Below, one piece after another: positions 39,443-51,780 of a DNA stretch of 64,000 nt; position 1 is the stretch's first letter, and every line of letters begins with the position of its first letter. The notes beneath the pieces are model-generated. The model did not search any database, was not told where the DNA came from, and saw only the letters and a list, made by a program, of their open reading frames with translations. A program made the translations under genes and the position numbers. The DNA comes from Octopus sinensis (lineage: Eukaryota). The DNA lies in contig NC_042997.1 of NCBI RefSeq assembly GCF_006345805.1, positions 203,050,001 to 203,114,000 of the forward strand. Direction: 5' to 3'.

Positions 39443-39869
39443 GTTTCTAACACCCTTCTGGTAATTCACACCTGTTGATAGACGAGAGTTCAATTTCTGA
39501 CAGCAGGAAATGCTGTGAAAGGTACTCCCCAGACACACTGTAGCCACCCGCATGCACAGCTGTGTGTGTGTGTGTATTTGTATAGATTTACTTTATTTCA
39601 CCTTTACGAGAAAGATAAATAGTATATATTTACACTAATTTACTTGCTCTATATTAATATCTTCATATGATAATTGAAAATGTCACAAGAGAGACATTTA
39701 AACACGCACACACACACGTTTAACTATTTCTCTTGTGAATTCTCATTCCTTCAGGTCTGATTCATCTAATCTATTCCATTCTCTAACACCTCACAACACA
39801 TTTCTCATCAAGTGTTTTCAATCTGTATCTATTTATCTGCTTAAAATGAATTCATTATCTTCCAGTTAC

Positions 39870-40172
39870 AGCTGTGGATTCAAGAAGACTGCTTCATAAC
39901 CATGTGGTTTTAAGTTCAGTCTCATTGTGCAGCACCTTGGGTATTTATTATGGTCCTGGGCCAACCCAAGCCCTCAGAGTAAATTTGGTAGGTGGAAACT
40001 GTGTGGAAACCTTGTATGCATATGTATACATATCTGTGTTTTCCCCCACACCACTTGACAACCATAGAATAAGTACTAGATTTAAAAACAAAAAAGTACT
40101 GAGATTGATGTGTTTCACTAAACCCTTTGAGGAGGTGCCCCAGCATGGTCGTAGTTCTATAACTGAATAAAT
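39870..40172 (+). mobile_element. SINE family A, degenerate
   Basis: Head aaccatgtggttttaagttcagtc, tail gatagaataagtac-like and cagcatggtcgtag. Confidence 0.7.
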
Positions 40173-40747
40173 AAACTCCAATTACATTTTTGCAGTTTCC
40201 TCCAGAGAAGTTAATCTATCAGAATATCAGAGATCATTCATTGCATCATAACCATTTCAATTTTCCCCTCTAGTGCTTACCAGCCATGTTCATCTACACA
40301 ATACTTCAGTTCTTATGCCTTTAGTTTGTTTTAGCCATCTTGACTAAGACCATGCTGGAGCATTGCCATCACAGAAATGAATATCTCTATGTCCAGAGAC
40401 AGTATCTCTTTTGTCAGCACAAGAAATTGTCTAGACATATCTAAACAATTATAGACGTTGCTGATAAATGTGCCCAAAATAACAATAAACAAACACTGAA
40501 TCTTGCCATAAATTTCACTCAGCTATAGTCTTGCAAATATTTTTAGTATAATAGTAACTGTAATTCATGTTTAAATATTCAGTAAGGCTATCAAGAGGTC
40601 AAAGCTGTCACAGACATTGTGTTTGACCTTTGTCAAGTCATATTCAACACTAACTGGGGAGTGGGGTGTCTGTTTCAGGTTTCCAAGTTTACTGATCAGT
40701 ATTCAAACTTCATAACCCATCTATCATTAAGAATTCATATAAGAGAC

Positions 40748-41243
40748 ATCATCATCATCATCATCCATTTAACATTCATCTTCTATGCTGGCATGGGATG
40801 GACAGATTGATTGGGGCTGGCAAGGGGCAGCGCCGTGGTCTACTGCCTGTATTTGCATGGTTTCTACAGGTGGATGCTCTCCCTAATGCCAACCACTTTA
40901 CAGAGTGTACTGGGTACTTTTTACATGGCACCAGCACCAGTGCTGTTTATGTGGCACCAGCATCAACAGGGTTACCAAGTACCTTGCATGACAAAAACCC
41001 CCTCAACTGGGAGGAAGGCTAGTAATGAGGGGTGTGGTTTTGTGTCAGTTGAAAGATTTCTGGTATAGGTGGGATAGATATAGGTGTTTCTTAAGTGGTT
41101 GGTGTTAGGAAGGGCATCTGATCATAGAAACCAAACCAGAAATGAAATGCAAGCAAAATAAGGCCCTTTTGACCCATCTAGGTGAGCAGATGTGCTGACT
41201 ACAACAGTGGTAACACATCCGATGTAAAACAATGATGATGATG
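40748..41243. mobile_element. two family C repeats back to back in opposite orientation
   Basis: Minus copy ~40748-41090; plus-strand tail ggtgttaggaagggcatc ... gatgatgatg at ~41095-41243. Confidence 0.7.
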
Positions 41244-41704
41244 CTTTCAGACTAGTTCTCTCTCTTCCCATATCTCTCTCTTGCTCTCCCCCTCTCTTTA
41301 TATCTTTTTTCCCCTTTCTCTTTCTCTCGCATACTGAAGTAGGAAAGAGGATTTATAGGTCAACCCACAGATGAAATGTCAGCTAAATTTCCTGTTAATA
41401 ATCACTAATGAAAATATACACAATTCTGTGTTGACTGGGCTATTATTTTGCAACTGGCAAATTAACATTGAGAGATGCAAATAAAATATAAAATAGTTAG
41501 TAAAGGTCACAGTTAGTAAAAAAATTCCTCGGAAGGAATCTTGAAACATCTGTTACTCTATATTTTATATTTTGAATTACCTAAAATCAAAATAACAAGA
41601 TCTTAAGGAAGAATTCGTAAATGGTCTCAAATACTAAATATCAAAGGGTTTTCTTTTTTTAATTTGATTGAGGCATTGTGAGGAAATCTGGTAGGTGGAA
41701 ACTT

Positions 41705-41840
41705 AAAGAAGCTCACTGTATTCATGTATGTACATACGTATGTATGTACGCATGTATGCATGTATCTATGTACGTATGTATGTACATATGTATTTATGTA
41801 CGAATGTATGTACATATGTATTTATGTACGTATGCATTTA
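41705..41840. repeat. (TATG/TACG/TACA)n compound microsatellite
   Basis: Seen directly in the sequence. Confidence 0.9.
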
Positions 41841-44020
41841 ATAACAGTTTTATTCTGCTACACAGTTTTATGAGCAAAGGACTTGTCCACACTTGTTATT
41901 AAATACATGTAACTAATGAAATATGGTGAGTGTTGCATTCTTTTCATTGTTCCCTGATTCATACTTGAGAGAGAGAGAGACTGTAAATATTTTTAAAAAG
42001 AAATAAACTATGCTGAACCAGGCTACAGATGGTGACATCACTGTTTAATACTCAGTTTACAAATTCTGTCACCATTTGTTGTTGGGCAGCAACTGGTGAT
42101 ATTTATTGCTATTTCCTTGGCTTTGAACTTCCATATTCCACTAGAATAAATAAATGTTTAAAAAGAACTGGTGACAGGGAATGTACCTTTTTGGCCATAA
42201 AAATCTTGTTTCAATTCTCTACTAAGCCATATTAGAATGAAACAAAAGATACTAATCTAAATAAACACATAAACAATACTGGTTTTATCTCCCGTACACA
42301 CTAGGTTTCAAAGTTGTATTTCAGCATAAGATTTACAAATTTACAGTTGATGATCGTCTTTAAAATGTTATCATACCACTTAATATCCAAAATATGAAAT
42401 TCACAATATAATCCCTTCAAGCGCTGTACCTACAGGCTTTGGTCAATTCATTGCTAAAGACTGAAGGTTTGTGGAGAAAATGTAGCAGCAGTTTTCCTGT
42501 TGCCTTCTATCTGTTTATTTAAACAGGGGGACTAGTTCCTGTAACACCAGGACATGTCCACCTGTGTAGCATATGTAAAGCGGCCAGCCCTCTCCTGAAT
42601 CCTGCAAGCCATAATAACATAATAACTGCTATTTGACTCAAAACTGGAGCCCTTGGAAGGTATTACTACTTCAAACCAGAGTAGTCATGACTAAGGAATA
42701 ACTCTAAACTTCTCCAAACTCCTGAACTTTGAAGTTGGTGCCTCATCATTGGATCCAATTATGCCTTGCCCAAACAACACACAATATCATAACTTTCTTA
42801 AATTCACTAATCATTTAAAACCAATAATAATTTTAATAAGACTGACCTTACAATAGTTTTCTATAAATACAAGAGCTGTAAAGTAGCTTAAAGTATGATA
42901 AAGCTTTCACACAACAGAGAAAATGCAACTTTTGAAAAGTGTCATGTCAATTTGAACAGATGAATTTTGTCACTAAAATTTACCAAGTGTGTACTAATAG
43001 GTGACAGCATTCATTAAGTGTACTCTAATAGTTTTGCAATGTACAGAAATACTTTACAGTGTACATTAATAAGTGTACATTAGTAGTTTACAGTGTATAT
43101 TCCATAAGTGTACAATAGTTTACATTTTTTCTTTCTTTTTATTTTTAATGACTGTTCTAGTGATAAGAAAACTGAAATTCAAATATCAAAGATCAATTAG
43201 TATTTAATATCTGAGAGAAATTTATACAAAACATATAATTGGCTTTAATATCCAATGATCAATAAAGATTGTCTTTTCAAAATAGATAATTTCAATGAAC
43301 CTGTAAAACTATTATTTATACATTCAATAATATAGCAACTCAGTACAATGGAGGTAACAATTCAGTGATATATCTTCTGCAACAAAGACTATATAACCTC
43401 TCATAGTATTGTTTTCTTTAAGATATTACATTAACCTGCAATAGCATAGAGTACAGTCTTCTCACGAACACAAGATTCTATAAATAGCGTGGCTTGATCA
43501 AATAAAACTCTTCAACATCTCCAGAAATCTATTCATGACTGATTAGATAAAAAAGCAAAATACGATAGCAGGAGTTTTTCTAAATTGTTTAGCAACCTAA
43601 CTTTATATGTTTGAAACCATAATTTAATACTTGACTAATTTAATAAATCTTTTCTGGAGTACATTATTCAATCTTTGCCAGTATTGCTTACTATCAGCCA
43701 ATTCTTATAACTAGAGCAAGCAATATCCAACTAGAACTTCCAGTGAAGATTACTTTCTTGACTTCAAATTTTTTTTCCCCATATTGTTCGTTACCATCAC
43801 CATCATACATTAGAGAATGTGTGGAATTGTGATTTTGTGTTCTAGAGGTTCGAACTTTCATTTTTAAGCAGAGATTATTCTTATTGAGACAAAAGTCATT
43901 AAAGGCTGTTTGGAAACACCTTTTTTTTTTTTTGTTACTTTTGTTAAATTTGTGTGTGTGTAGATTTATCAGTATCTTGATGTTACATGACTGTGAGGTT
44001 AATGAGTGGGAGCTTCATAC

Positions 44021-44191
44021 TTGACTTGACTTGAGACAGCATTCACCCAGGGTTGGTTGAGCTGGCTTCATTCATCCTCAATGCTGCATCTCTCACAAAC
44101 GCCGACCAGGCCTGGCGATTTGAGGCTAACGACTACATGATCTCCAACCACTTCTTATTCCAGTGGCAAACACTGTAGATATGGGGGCCTG
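44021..44191 (-). mobile_element. 5'-truncated copy of the (CAAGT)n-tailed LINE with 9-bp TSD
   Basis: gcttcatac at 44012-44020 and 44192-44200; body aligns with 12158-12335. Confidence 0.85.
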
Positions 44192-44263
44192 GCTTCATAC
44201 AAGTGATGTCTTTTATTTCCTATCTTCCATGTCCAGCTATGGGGAATACAAGTACTATCTTCC

Positions 44264-44479
44264 TTAACCCTTTAGCGTTTAATCTGGCCATATCCGGCCC
44301 AAATATTCTACCTGTTTTATGTTCAAACCAGTAAAATCTAACCTTACAGTGTCATTCTAAAATATATGCAATCACATCATCGAAATTTTGAAGCTATGAG
44401 ATAATGCTTCATTAATTCAAAACAATGTGAATAAATAAGCATTACATTTGACAGGGTAAACTGAATGCTAAAGGGTTAA
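44264..44479. mobile_element. second piggyBac-type MITE family, ~215 bp
   Basis: ttaa-ccctttagc ... gctaaaggg-ttaa; related degenerate copies end at ~12085 (gctaaagggttaa) and ~4558 (gctaaaaggttaa). Confidence 0.75.
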
Positions 44480-44654
44480 AGACAAGTGAGGGTTGGTGAT
44501 AAAAAGGGCATCAGTCATAGACAATCTGCTTCAACATATTCTGTCTAACACATGCAAGCAAAAAAAAGTGAATGTTATAACAATAATGATTATAATGATG
44601 ACGATGCTAAGGAATGAAAGGTAAACGAAGGAAAAATAAAAATGCTTCACATAC

Positions 44655-44858
44655 CAAGCTGGCACCAATTTTAATTAGATTGTTCAGTTGAATCCGTAGT
44701 TGATCACAAAGATCAAGTATGCGTTCTCGGTTCTCATGGGAAGTGTAGGCAGAGTCAGTGAAATCCTGGCTACTTTCAATTATTAAGTCTAAGGCACTGT
44801 TGAGTTTCTCCTGAGTACTCGGACCTACCATTGTTATCCGAGTTAGTTCACATAAATC
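44655..44858 (-). CDS. CTNNAL1: alpha-catulin exon, 204 nt, 68 aa (DLCELTR...KIGASL)
   Basis: Acceptor ttttcctatcag|GAT, donor TTG|gtatgt; contains the QDFTDSAYTSHENRERIL motif; overlaps supplied ORF 44607..44831. Confidence 0.93.
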
Positions 44859-45959
44859 CTGATAGGAAAAAAAGAAAAATGATGTTCAAAAATAAATTAA
44901 TAAAAAAAAAAAAAACACTTCCATGCATACTGATTTTTTTTCTTTTTTTTTTAAATAGCATCAAAGAGAAACAATTATAGTTGCAAGAGACCTGAAAGCA
45001 CTTTGCAATCAATGTTAAAGGGGACACACCACCACAATACAAGGAAGCTCTCTTAGGTGCCAACCACACATTTCTGTTACAAAAACCAATACATATTTTA
45101 TCGATTAACAAAGATGAAAGTCAACATCAATAAAGATAAAAGGTTGAGACAATACAGTCACACATTTTTCACTTGATTTCTTTGCTGCCTTTCTCCGGTC
45201 ATCAAAATAAAATCCAATATTTTAATAAAATATCAGGATTACAATATTATTGATCACTTAGATTATCAATAATTCCTGAAAAGAATGGTTTTTACTGCAT
45301 AATTCCTCCAGATGTTGGACATTGATTCTAGTTTGGAAGTCAAAATACAGCTTCCTCTTTATCCCTAAACACAACTTCCATTTTATAATTGGAAAATAAA
45401 AACTGCCAGATTTTTGACATTATTTCCTTCATCATCATCACCATCATCAATTAATGTCCATCTACCATTCTGGCATGGACTGGATGGTTTAACGGGATCT
45501 GGTGAGTCCAAGGACCATTTTGGCATAGCTTCTACAGCTAGAGGCCCTTCTAACACCAAATACTTTACAGAGTGTACTGGGTGTTTTTCTAGCAAGATCA
45601 TGAACCCCAAGGACATGGCTTTATACAAGGAGATGAGGGGTTAAAGTATGAGAGAAGGGGCCAAAATAGAATAGATTTCTCTAAAAGAGGTAACTTGACT
45701 ATTCACATTTTAGAAGAGAAGATGGGAGTGATAAGGTGGAGATGTGGAGAGACAAAAATAGTGATGACGAGGTGTCTGGATGAGTAGAGGTGAGTGGGAA
45801 CAGAGGAACCAGGTGTGATGGTGCTCAAATTTCTAAGCCAATATTCTACATAAACTTTAGTTTTGTTAAACATTTACATTTATTTCATTTTGTGATTGTT
45901 TTGGCTTGACTTTATCCTGGTAGTTGGTGTTTGACTCCAGAAGTAGCCCTAACTTACTT

Positions 45960-46110
45960 TTTTCTCCCACCAGCCCCACATCTATACTAACCACTATATC
46001 TAGCCCCCAACCCCTGAATCATCATCCTTCTGGAACCTTCTCCCTGTTCATGTCTTCCAAGTAGGTGAATCAACCTCACTGATACTGGGAGATCTACAAA
46101 GGTCATGGTC
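45960..46110 (+). mobile_element. CR1/Jockey-like LINE 3' fragment, second copy
   Basis: atcatccttctggaaccttctccctgttcatgtcttcc matches the 7.3-kb copy. Confidence 0.5.
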
Positions 46111-47221
46111 ACTGCCCCTTCTTCCAGACTAAGAAAATATAAAAGGCAAAAAAAAACATGACTAATCCTTAACTATTTCCAGGCAATACATCCACAACTA
46201 CACTACCTCATATGCTCTTCCATGTTTATTCTTTAAGGTGTGGTTTGTGTCTAATTTTGATCTATTTCCCTTAGAAAAACCATACAAGGGTTCCTCAAGG
46301 GATCATTCTACATTGGTTGTTTCTCCAGTTCAGTTTGACTCCAAACTTCAAAGTAAATTTTCTTAGTTCACACAACCCAGTTCAGTAATTAAGACAGGCA
46401 TTACCACTTCTAGGTTCTGTGAAAGGTACGATATGTAAATAAGAATAGGATGTTGTGTGAACATTCTGTGAGGGAGCTCTGATGATGTTGCTTAACCTCA
46501 GGTTTATCCTAATCCAACAGCTCTTTGATCAAAGACATTTCATTCATGACTGTTCTGTGTTTTTAATAGTATATTGTACTACACCACCCATTATACCTTT
46601 CCTACTCCCACTCACTAGAGAGTATGGTGTGATTTGAAGAAGATTTGGTTGCTATTTCAAGCAGGATAAGCAACTATGTAAAAGCTCCATTAACCTTTTT
46701 GTTATCATATATCTATATTGAAAAACCTTTCTATCAATTAACTTTGAAAATAAAGAATTTATTAAAATAACTTTATCATTTTAAGCTGGTGTCTGAAATA
46801 TAAACTACACAAAATTTAGAAGACTTTAATTTAGATGACTTTAAAACAGGGAATTTGTACCATTGAACCAAAATTAGTTTCAGGTAGGTTGATATCAAGA
46901 GAATTTATTTTTGTAGATAAATATAAAAATCTAGTTTCCTCATAGATTATTGACCAACACTCATTTTGTTTTGTTTTTCTGTTTGAATAATTAATTTGAT
47001 GAATGTGTAATAGCAGAGAGCAGTGCCTGGAGATTTACTGATGTCAAATGTATTTAAGATGATGTGTGACAATGGATTTCCCTCTTAATTAATGCTGAAG
47101 CTATGAAATACTCGTTCAGATGGGATTAAAGTTCAATGCAATAATTAAATAGGGGTTACAGAAGTATTATATGGTGGTATGGCAGTAAAAAATAATCAGG
47201 AGATTATGTAGATGATGAGTC

Positions 47222-48271
47222 TTAACCCTTTCGTTACTATATTTCTGACCAAATTACACCCCTTATGTGTTTCAATTAATTTCTAACATAATCATAAATT
47301 TAGTCTGGTTTCATTAAACAACTATAACTTTTTTATTTATCGATATATTAATCTGATTTTTGGAAGATAATTTAATGAAATATTCTCAACCAATTCTATA
47401 CTATAATTTTTGTCACAAAGTGACTCTAATTGCAGGTAGATACAGGTAAATTCCACAAAATATAAAATTATTAAAATTTGTTCAAACATCGCTATAGAAA
47501 ATGGGTTATTAGCTAATATTCAATTGGGTATACAACAAAATTTTACGATAGAATTTGTTATTCTGGGTAACTTTCTGATACCCATAATAATATTTATGGC
47601 AAAATAGTCTTAATTTCATTTAAGGTTATGGGAAACCACAAACTATCGTTTCTTTCACTTTGTTTACGTTTAGCGTAATGGTTCGTTTCTGCTGTAATGA
47701 TTTCAAATAGGCTCATTCGAAAAAGTAAAAAGAAATAGTCTAAGGCTTTACCCTTCTGGGAAAGTCTGTGGCTTGGTCCAGTTTTCTTCAGAAAAATCAC
47801 CGAAAGAAACAGTTTTTAAATTTTCACTCCGTTCAGGTGCCAATTCGTTTTCTTTATCGCTATTGGAGATCTCAGATTCACTGTTTTCACTTTCGGAAAA
47901 TGAAACATCAGATTCATTATCAAATACCACATGCTTTTTTTTTTCAGTCATAGAGTTAGATTTATGAAGGTCTTCAGTAGAAAATCCTTCGAATTCTGAC
48001 TCGCTGCTTGATATAATGAAATTCGTATCCATTTTTTGTCAGAATTACAAATTTTGAAAACACAATAGGAACAAATTTCGGAAAAAAATCTCCCAAAATT
48101 CACGGAATTAAAATTACACTTCGATTATTGTACAAAACTGTAGTTGAACTGTTTACGAAGTATAATAAGTGTTTTCACGAATGTACTGAAGAGATTTGCT
48201 CTGATATTCTCATTTAAATATGAATAGGTAAATTCGGGCGGCTTTGGGCGGTTTGGTAACGAAAGGGTTAA
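47222..48271 (-). mobile_element. internally deleted piggyBac element, 1042 bp plus TTAA TSDs, with frameshifted transposase N-terminus
   Basis: ttaa-ccctttcgttac ... gtaacgaaaggg-ttaa. ORFs 47748..48032 (acidic S/E/D-rich leader) and 47594..47800 (DYFFLLF..LFEIITAETNHYA...W.PITLNEIK) match the start of piggyBac transposases; no catalytic domain present. Confidence 0.85.
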
Positions 48272-48334
48272 GGTGAAAAACGAGGAAAAATTGAATGGTG
48301 GTAGGGCCGAAAATATTCAAGAATGATCTATCTC

Positions 48335-48652
48335 TCATTTTGTACTTGTTTCAGTCAATGGATTAGACATATTTCTTTCAAGTCTGGTAATTATTTTATT
48401 GGTCTCTTTTACCAAACTACAAAATTACAGGGATGTAAACAAAGAAATACTGGTTGTCAAGTAGTGAGGTCACACACACACATACCTGATAGGTTTTCAC
48501 ATAGTTTCCATGTACCAAATTCACTCATAAGGCATTGGTTGGACTAAGGCTATAGTAGAAAACACTTGCTCAATGTGCCAACCAGCTAGATTGAAACTGA
48601 AACCCCATGGGTACAAAACAAGCTTCTTAGCCATACAGTCATTCCTGTACCT
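48335..48652 (-). mobile_element. SINE family A, degenerate
   Basis: tacttgtttcagtca ... ttagccatacagtcattcctgtacct. Confidence 0.7.
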
Positions 48653-48684
48653 ATGTTATGTATATTCCTGAGATGAGAATGGTT

Positions 48685-49082
48685 AGGTGCAGGAGTGGCT
48701 GTGTAGGTGCAGGTGTGGCTGTGTGGTAAGTAACTTGCTTACCAACCACATGGTTCCAGGTTCAGTCCCACTGTGTGGCAGCTTGGACAAGTGTCTTCTA
48801 CTATAGCCTGAGGCTGACCAAAGCCTTGTGAATGGATTTGGTAGACAGAAACTGAAAGAAGCCTGTCATGTGTGTGTGTGTGTGTGTGTGTTTGTCCTCC
48901 TAACATCGCTTGACAACTCCGATGCTAGTGTGTTTATGTCCCCGTAACTTAGCAGTTCGGCAAAAGAAGCCGATAGAATAAGTACTAGGTTTACAAAGAA
49001 TAAGTCCAGGGGTTGTTTGTTTGACTAAAGGTAGTGCTCTAGCATGGCCACAGTCAAATGACTGAAACAAGTAAAAGAATAA
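48685..49082 (+). mobile_element. SINE family A with duplicated first 20 nt
   Basis: aggtgcaggagtggctgtgt aggtgcaggtgtggctgtgtggtaag ... gactgaaacaagtaaaagaata. Confidence 0.9.
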
Positions 49083-49429
49083 CTGAAATGCATTAAGGTG
49101 AAGACCAGAACAGTCATTAATAATACACCCTTTTGTTTTATAATAATAAAAGTGTAATATATATTTTTAATTATTATAAATGAGTATTTATACATTCTTT
49201 TTGTTTTGAATTAAAAAATGAAAAGCCATGCCTCCATTCTAGGGATAGTCTTCACAAGTGGGAGTGGGGGCAGTGGAAATTTCATATGTAATTTAGGGTT
49301 GTTAATTATTAAACTTTAAAAGTGTTCAAGATACAAATAACTTAAGATTGGTTTCAGCTATTATCAATCCAGGCTATGATTAACTTAATACACCACCTAG
49401 AGAGGCCTTTTAAGTCATGTATTGGGGCA

Positions 49430-49950
49430 CTATGGACTACTCAAGCAAAGAGCTGTCATGCCCAAGACCTATTCAGATGTTGATAATTTGTCTGGTATTT
49501 CTTAGAAGAATTTGTCCAGGTATGTCTGAATGTTATGGAGTCTTTTCCTATTTTAATTTCCTTCAGGATAATATTGAATAAAGCAGGACCATTTGAGGTT
49601 TTAAAAAAAGTTGTGTCACAATATACATGGCACAGGGCTCAGCCCTGGGTGACACAGAAACTTCATACCAACATCATTTGGACAATACCGAAGGAATATT
49701 TTCTACATTGAACAAATAATATAGTGCTCATGATGGTGCTGAGAATTGAGTTTCAGCTTTTTGAGGCAAGCCAAATAATTGAGGCCTGTCGTGCCATTCA
49801 TCCCCCCCCCACCTATGATTGATCTCTGCAGTGCTTCAATCTTAATATCTTGTTTAGTGGAAGGGGACAGCAATGGACAGCAATATTCAAGGTGAGAGCT
49901 TCCAAACATGGAGGAGAGAAGGATAATGGTCTCGTGATCTCTAGACTGAA
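49430..49950 (-). mobile_element. CR1-type LINE 3' fragment
   Basis: ORF 49703..49909 SHLEYCCPLLSP...KIEALQRS...LNY...LKKLKL; further on NGPALFNII..EIK...LDKF...IPD. Confidence 0.8.
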
Positions 49951-51248
49951 AAGTTCAGAGAAGCAGAAATTCTGTTCCAGTGTTTAAAAAATAAATGACT
50001 TCTCTTGTTAGTATAAGATCATACATTTATGGGGCCAGTATACGACTGATACTTATTGACCCTAGAGCAATATAATATACAGGTTGACTCTGTTGGAATT
50101 TGAACATATAAAGGAAGCAAATAGTTGTTCAATTACTATATCAACTAACACACCACCCTTGCAGTTTTCCAGTAACAATAGCAGAAAATAATCCAGATTC
50201 TGTTTTTGTGAATTTAAAACTGCAAAAGACAGTCACATCCTCCCCCATCCCACTGGGTTTATCATGCAGTTCTCTCCTGTAATAGAAACGACACTTATCA
50301 ATAAGGAAACCACAACAGATTAATATACAAATATGATAAGGAAATGTTCTGTATTTCCATCTCTAGCCACCACTATAAAATAGCAAGATGTGTAAAATGT
50401 AACATTAGAAAATATCTAAGCATAAAATGGAGTTAGATACGAGACAAGGAGACAGACAATATCTTCATATCTAGCTTTGTAAAAGCAGCTGAAACTGAAA
50501 TGGTTGGATAGCCATTCTAGTATTTCTTGCTTTATCAATAGTATATCACCACTAAAGAAATTTATTTCGCTTAGCAGAAGCAAAATCTAGAACTACACCA
50601 AAAAATTTCCGCAAGAATGATCAACATATGGATTACAAACAATAATGATAATAATAAATGTTGATGATGATGATGATTTAGATATTTTAAAAAATATATG
50701 ATAATTCCTCTAAATACAAATAGTAAAAATACTATGAAAATATGGTGTGTGTGGTGGTGGGGAAGTAAGTGTTTATAAAGAAAACTGAAGTGCTGTGATA
50801 ATGTGACAAAACATGAGTGAGAAAACAAAATAGTTCAAAAGGAACTATGATGATGATGAAGGTAGTGATGGTGGTGGGTGTATTTCTTTTGGTGATTCTC
50901 TTTGTCACATGGTAGTCAGTAAGAAAGTATAAAGTCAATTCAATCTTTCTATTAAGCTTAAATAAATAACTGCTAAGCAGCTGTTAGCTATCTGATTATT
51001 TATAAAACAAGATGGCACGTTTAACAAAACAGCAACCCAGAGGATTGCCCTGTTCAAAAACTAGAACAGCAGAGTTTCGTAATTAATTATCAACGACAAA
51101 AGGGGATTACTTATCACATTGTAAATTGCTGCTATATATTTGATTAATCTAAGAATTCATTAACTGGAAGGAATGCTGTTAAGAAAGAACAAAGTCTGAA
51201 ACATGAAGTAAATGTCATACTTCTCTATAGACTGTAATAAATAACAGT

Positions 51249-51251
<3 letters not shown>

Positions 51252-51302
<51 letters not shown>
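51252..51302. repeat. (GT)n microsatellite
   Basis: Seen directly; similar (CA)n at 27878-27924, (TA)n at 29797-29838 and (TA)n(GA)n at 25827-25890. Confidence 0.95.
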
Positions 51303-51303
<1 letters not shown>

Positions 51304-51349
51304 CATCGCAGGTCATGTGGTGTGTGGTCACAAAGCTTACTTTTCAACC

Positions 51350-51780
51350 ACATGGTGTGATCGTTACCAGTGTTGCCTTACTGGCATTCGAGCTCCGTGC
51401 TAGTAGGGTGTTAAGAGCACATCCGAGCGTGATCATTACCAGAGTGGCTATCTGCCCTTCATGCCGGTGGCACGTAAAAGGCACCATTCGAGCATGATCA
51501 TTACCAGCACCACCTTACTGGCACCTGTGCCAGTGGCATGTGTAAAAGATTCAAGCAAGGTCGTTGCCAGTACCTCCTGACCAGCCCCGTGCCGGTGGCA
51601 CGTAAAAGCACCCACTACACTCTCAGAGTGGTTGGCATTAGGAAGGGCATCCAGCTGTAGAAACTCTGCCAGATCAAGATTGAAGCCTGGCTCAGCCATC
51701 TGGTTCACCAGCCCTCAGTCAAATTGTCCAACCCATGCTAGCATGGAAAGCAGACGTTAAACGATGATGATGATGATGGT
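51350..51780 (+). mobile_element. family C repeat with internal tandem units
   Basis: Repeated gtgccggtggcacgtaaaag units and a gacgttaaacgatgatgat tail. Confidence 0.85.

Larger units (their letters stand above)
122..44858 (-). other. CTNNAL1: alpha-catulin gene, internal part (6 coding exons, all introns phase 0); 5' and 3' exons lie outside the window
   Basis: Hand-spliced exons give DLCELTRITMVGPSTQEKLNSALDLIIESSQDFTDSAYTSHENRERILDLCDQ...VCKLLRHIA...NLDVFAKAWEGQINELSILVKEVNDVCQG...SLPRPGKHGTMVKSLRPVKLDAE. QDFTDSAYTSHE.RE.IL, VCKLL.H and SLPRPGKHG are alpha-catulin hallmarks (recalled, no search run). Confidence 0.9.
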
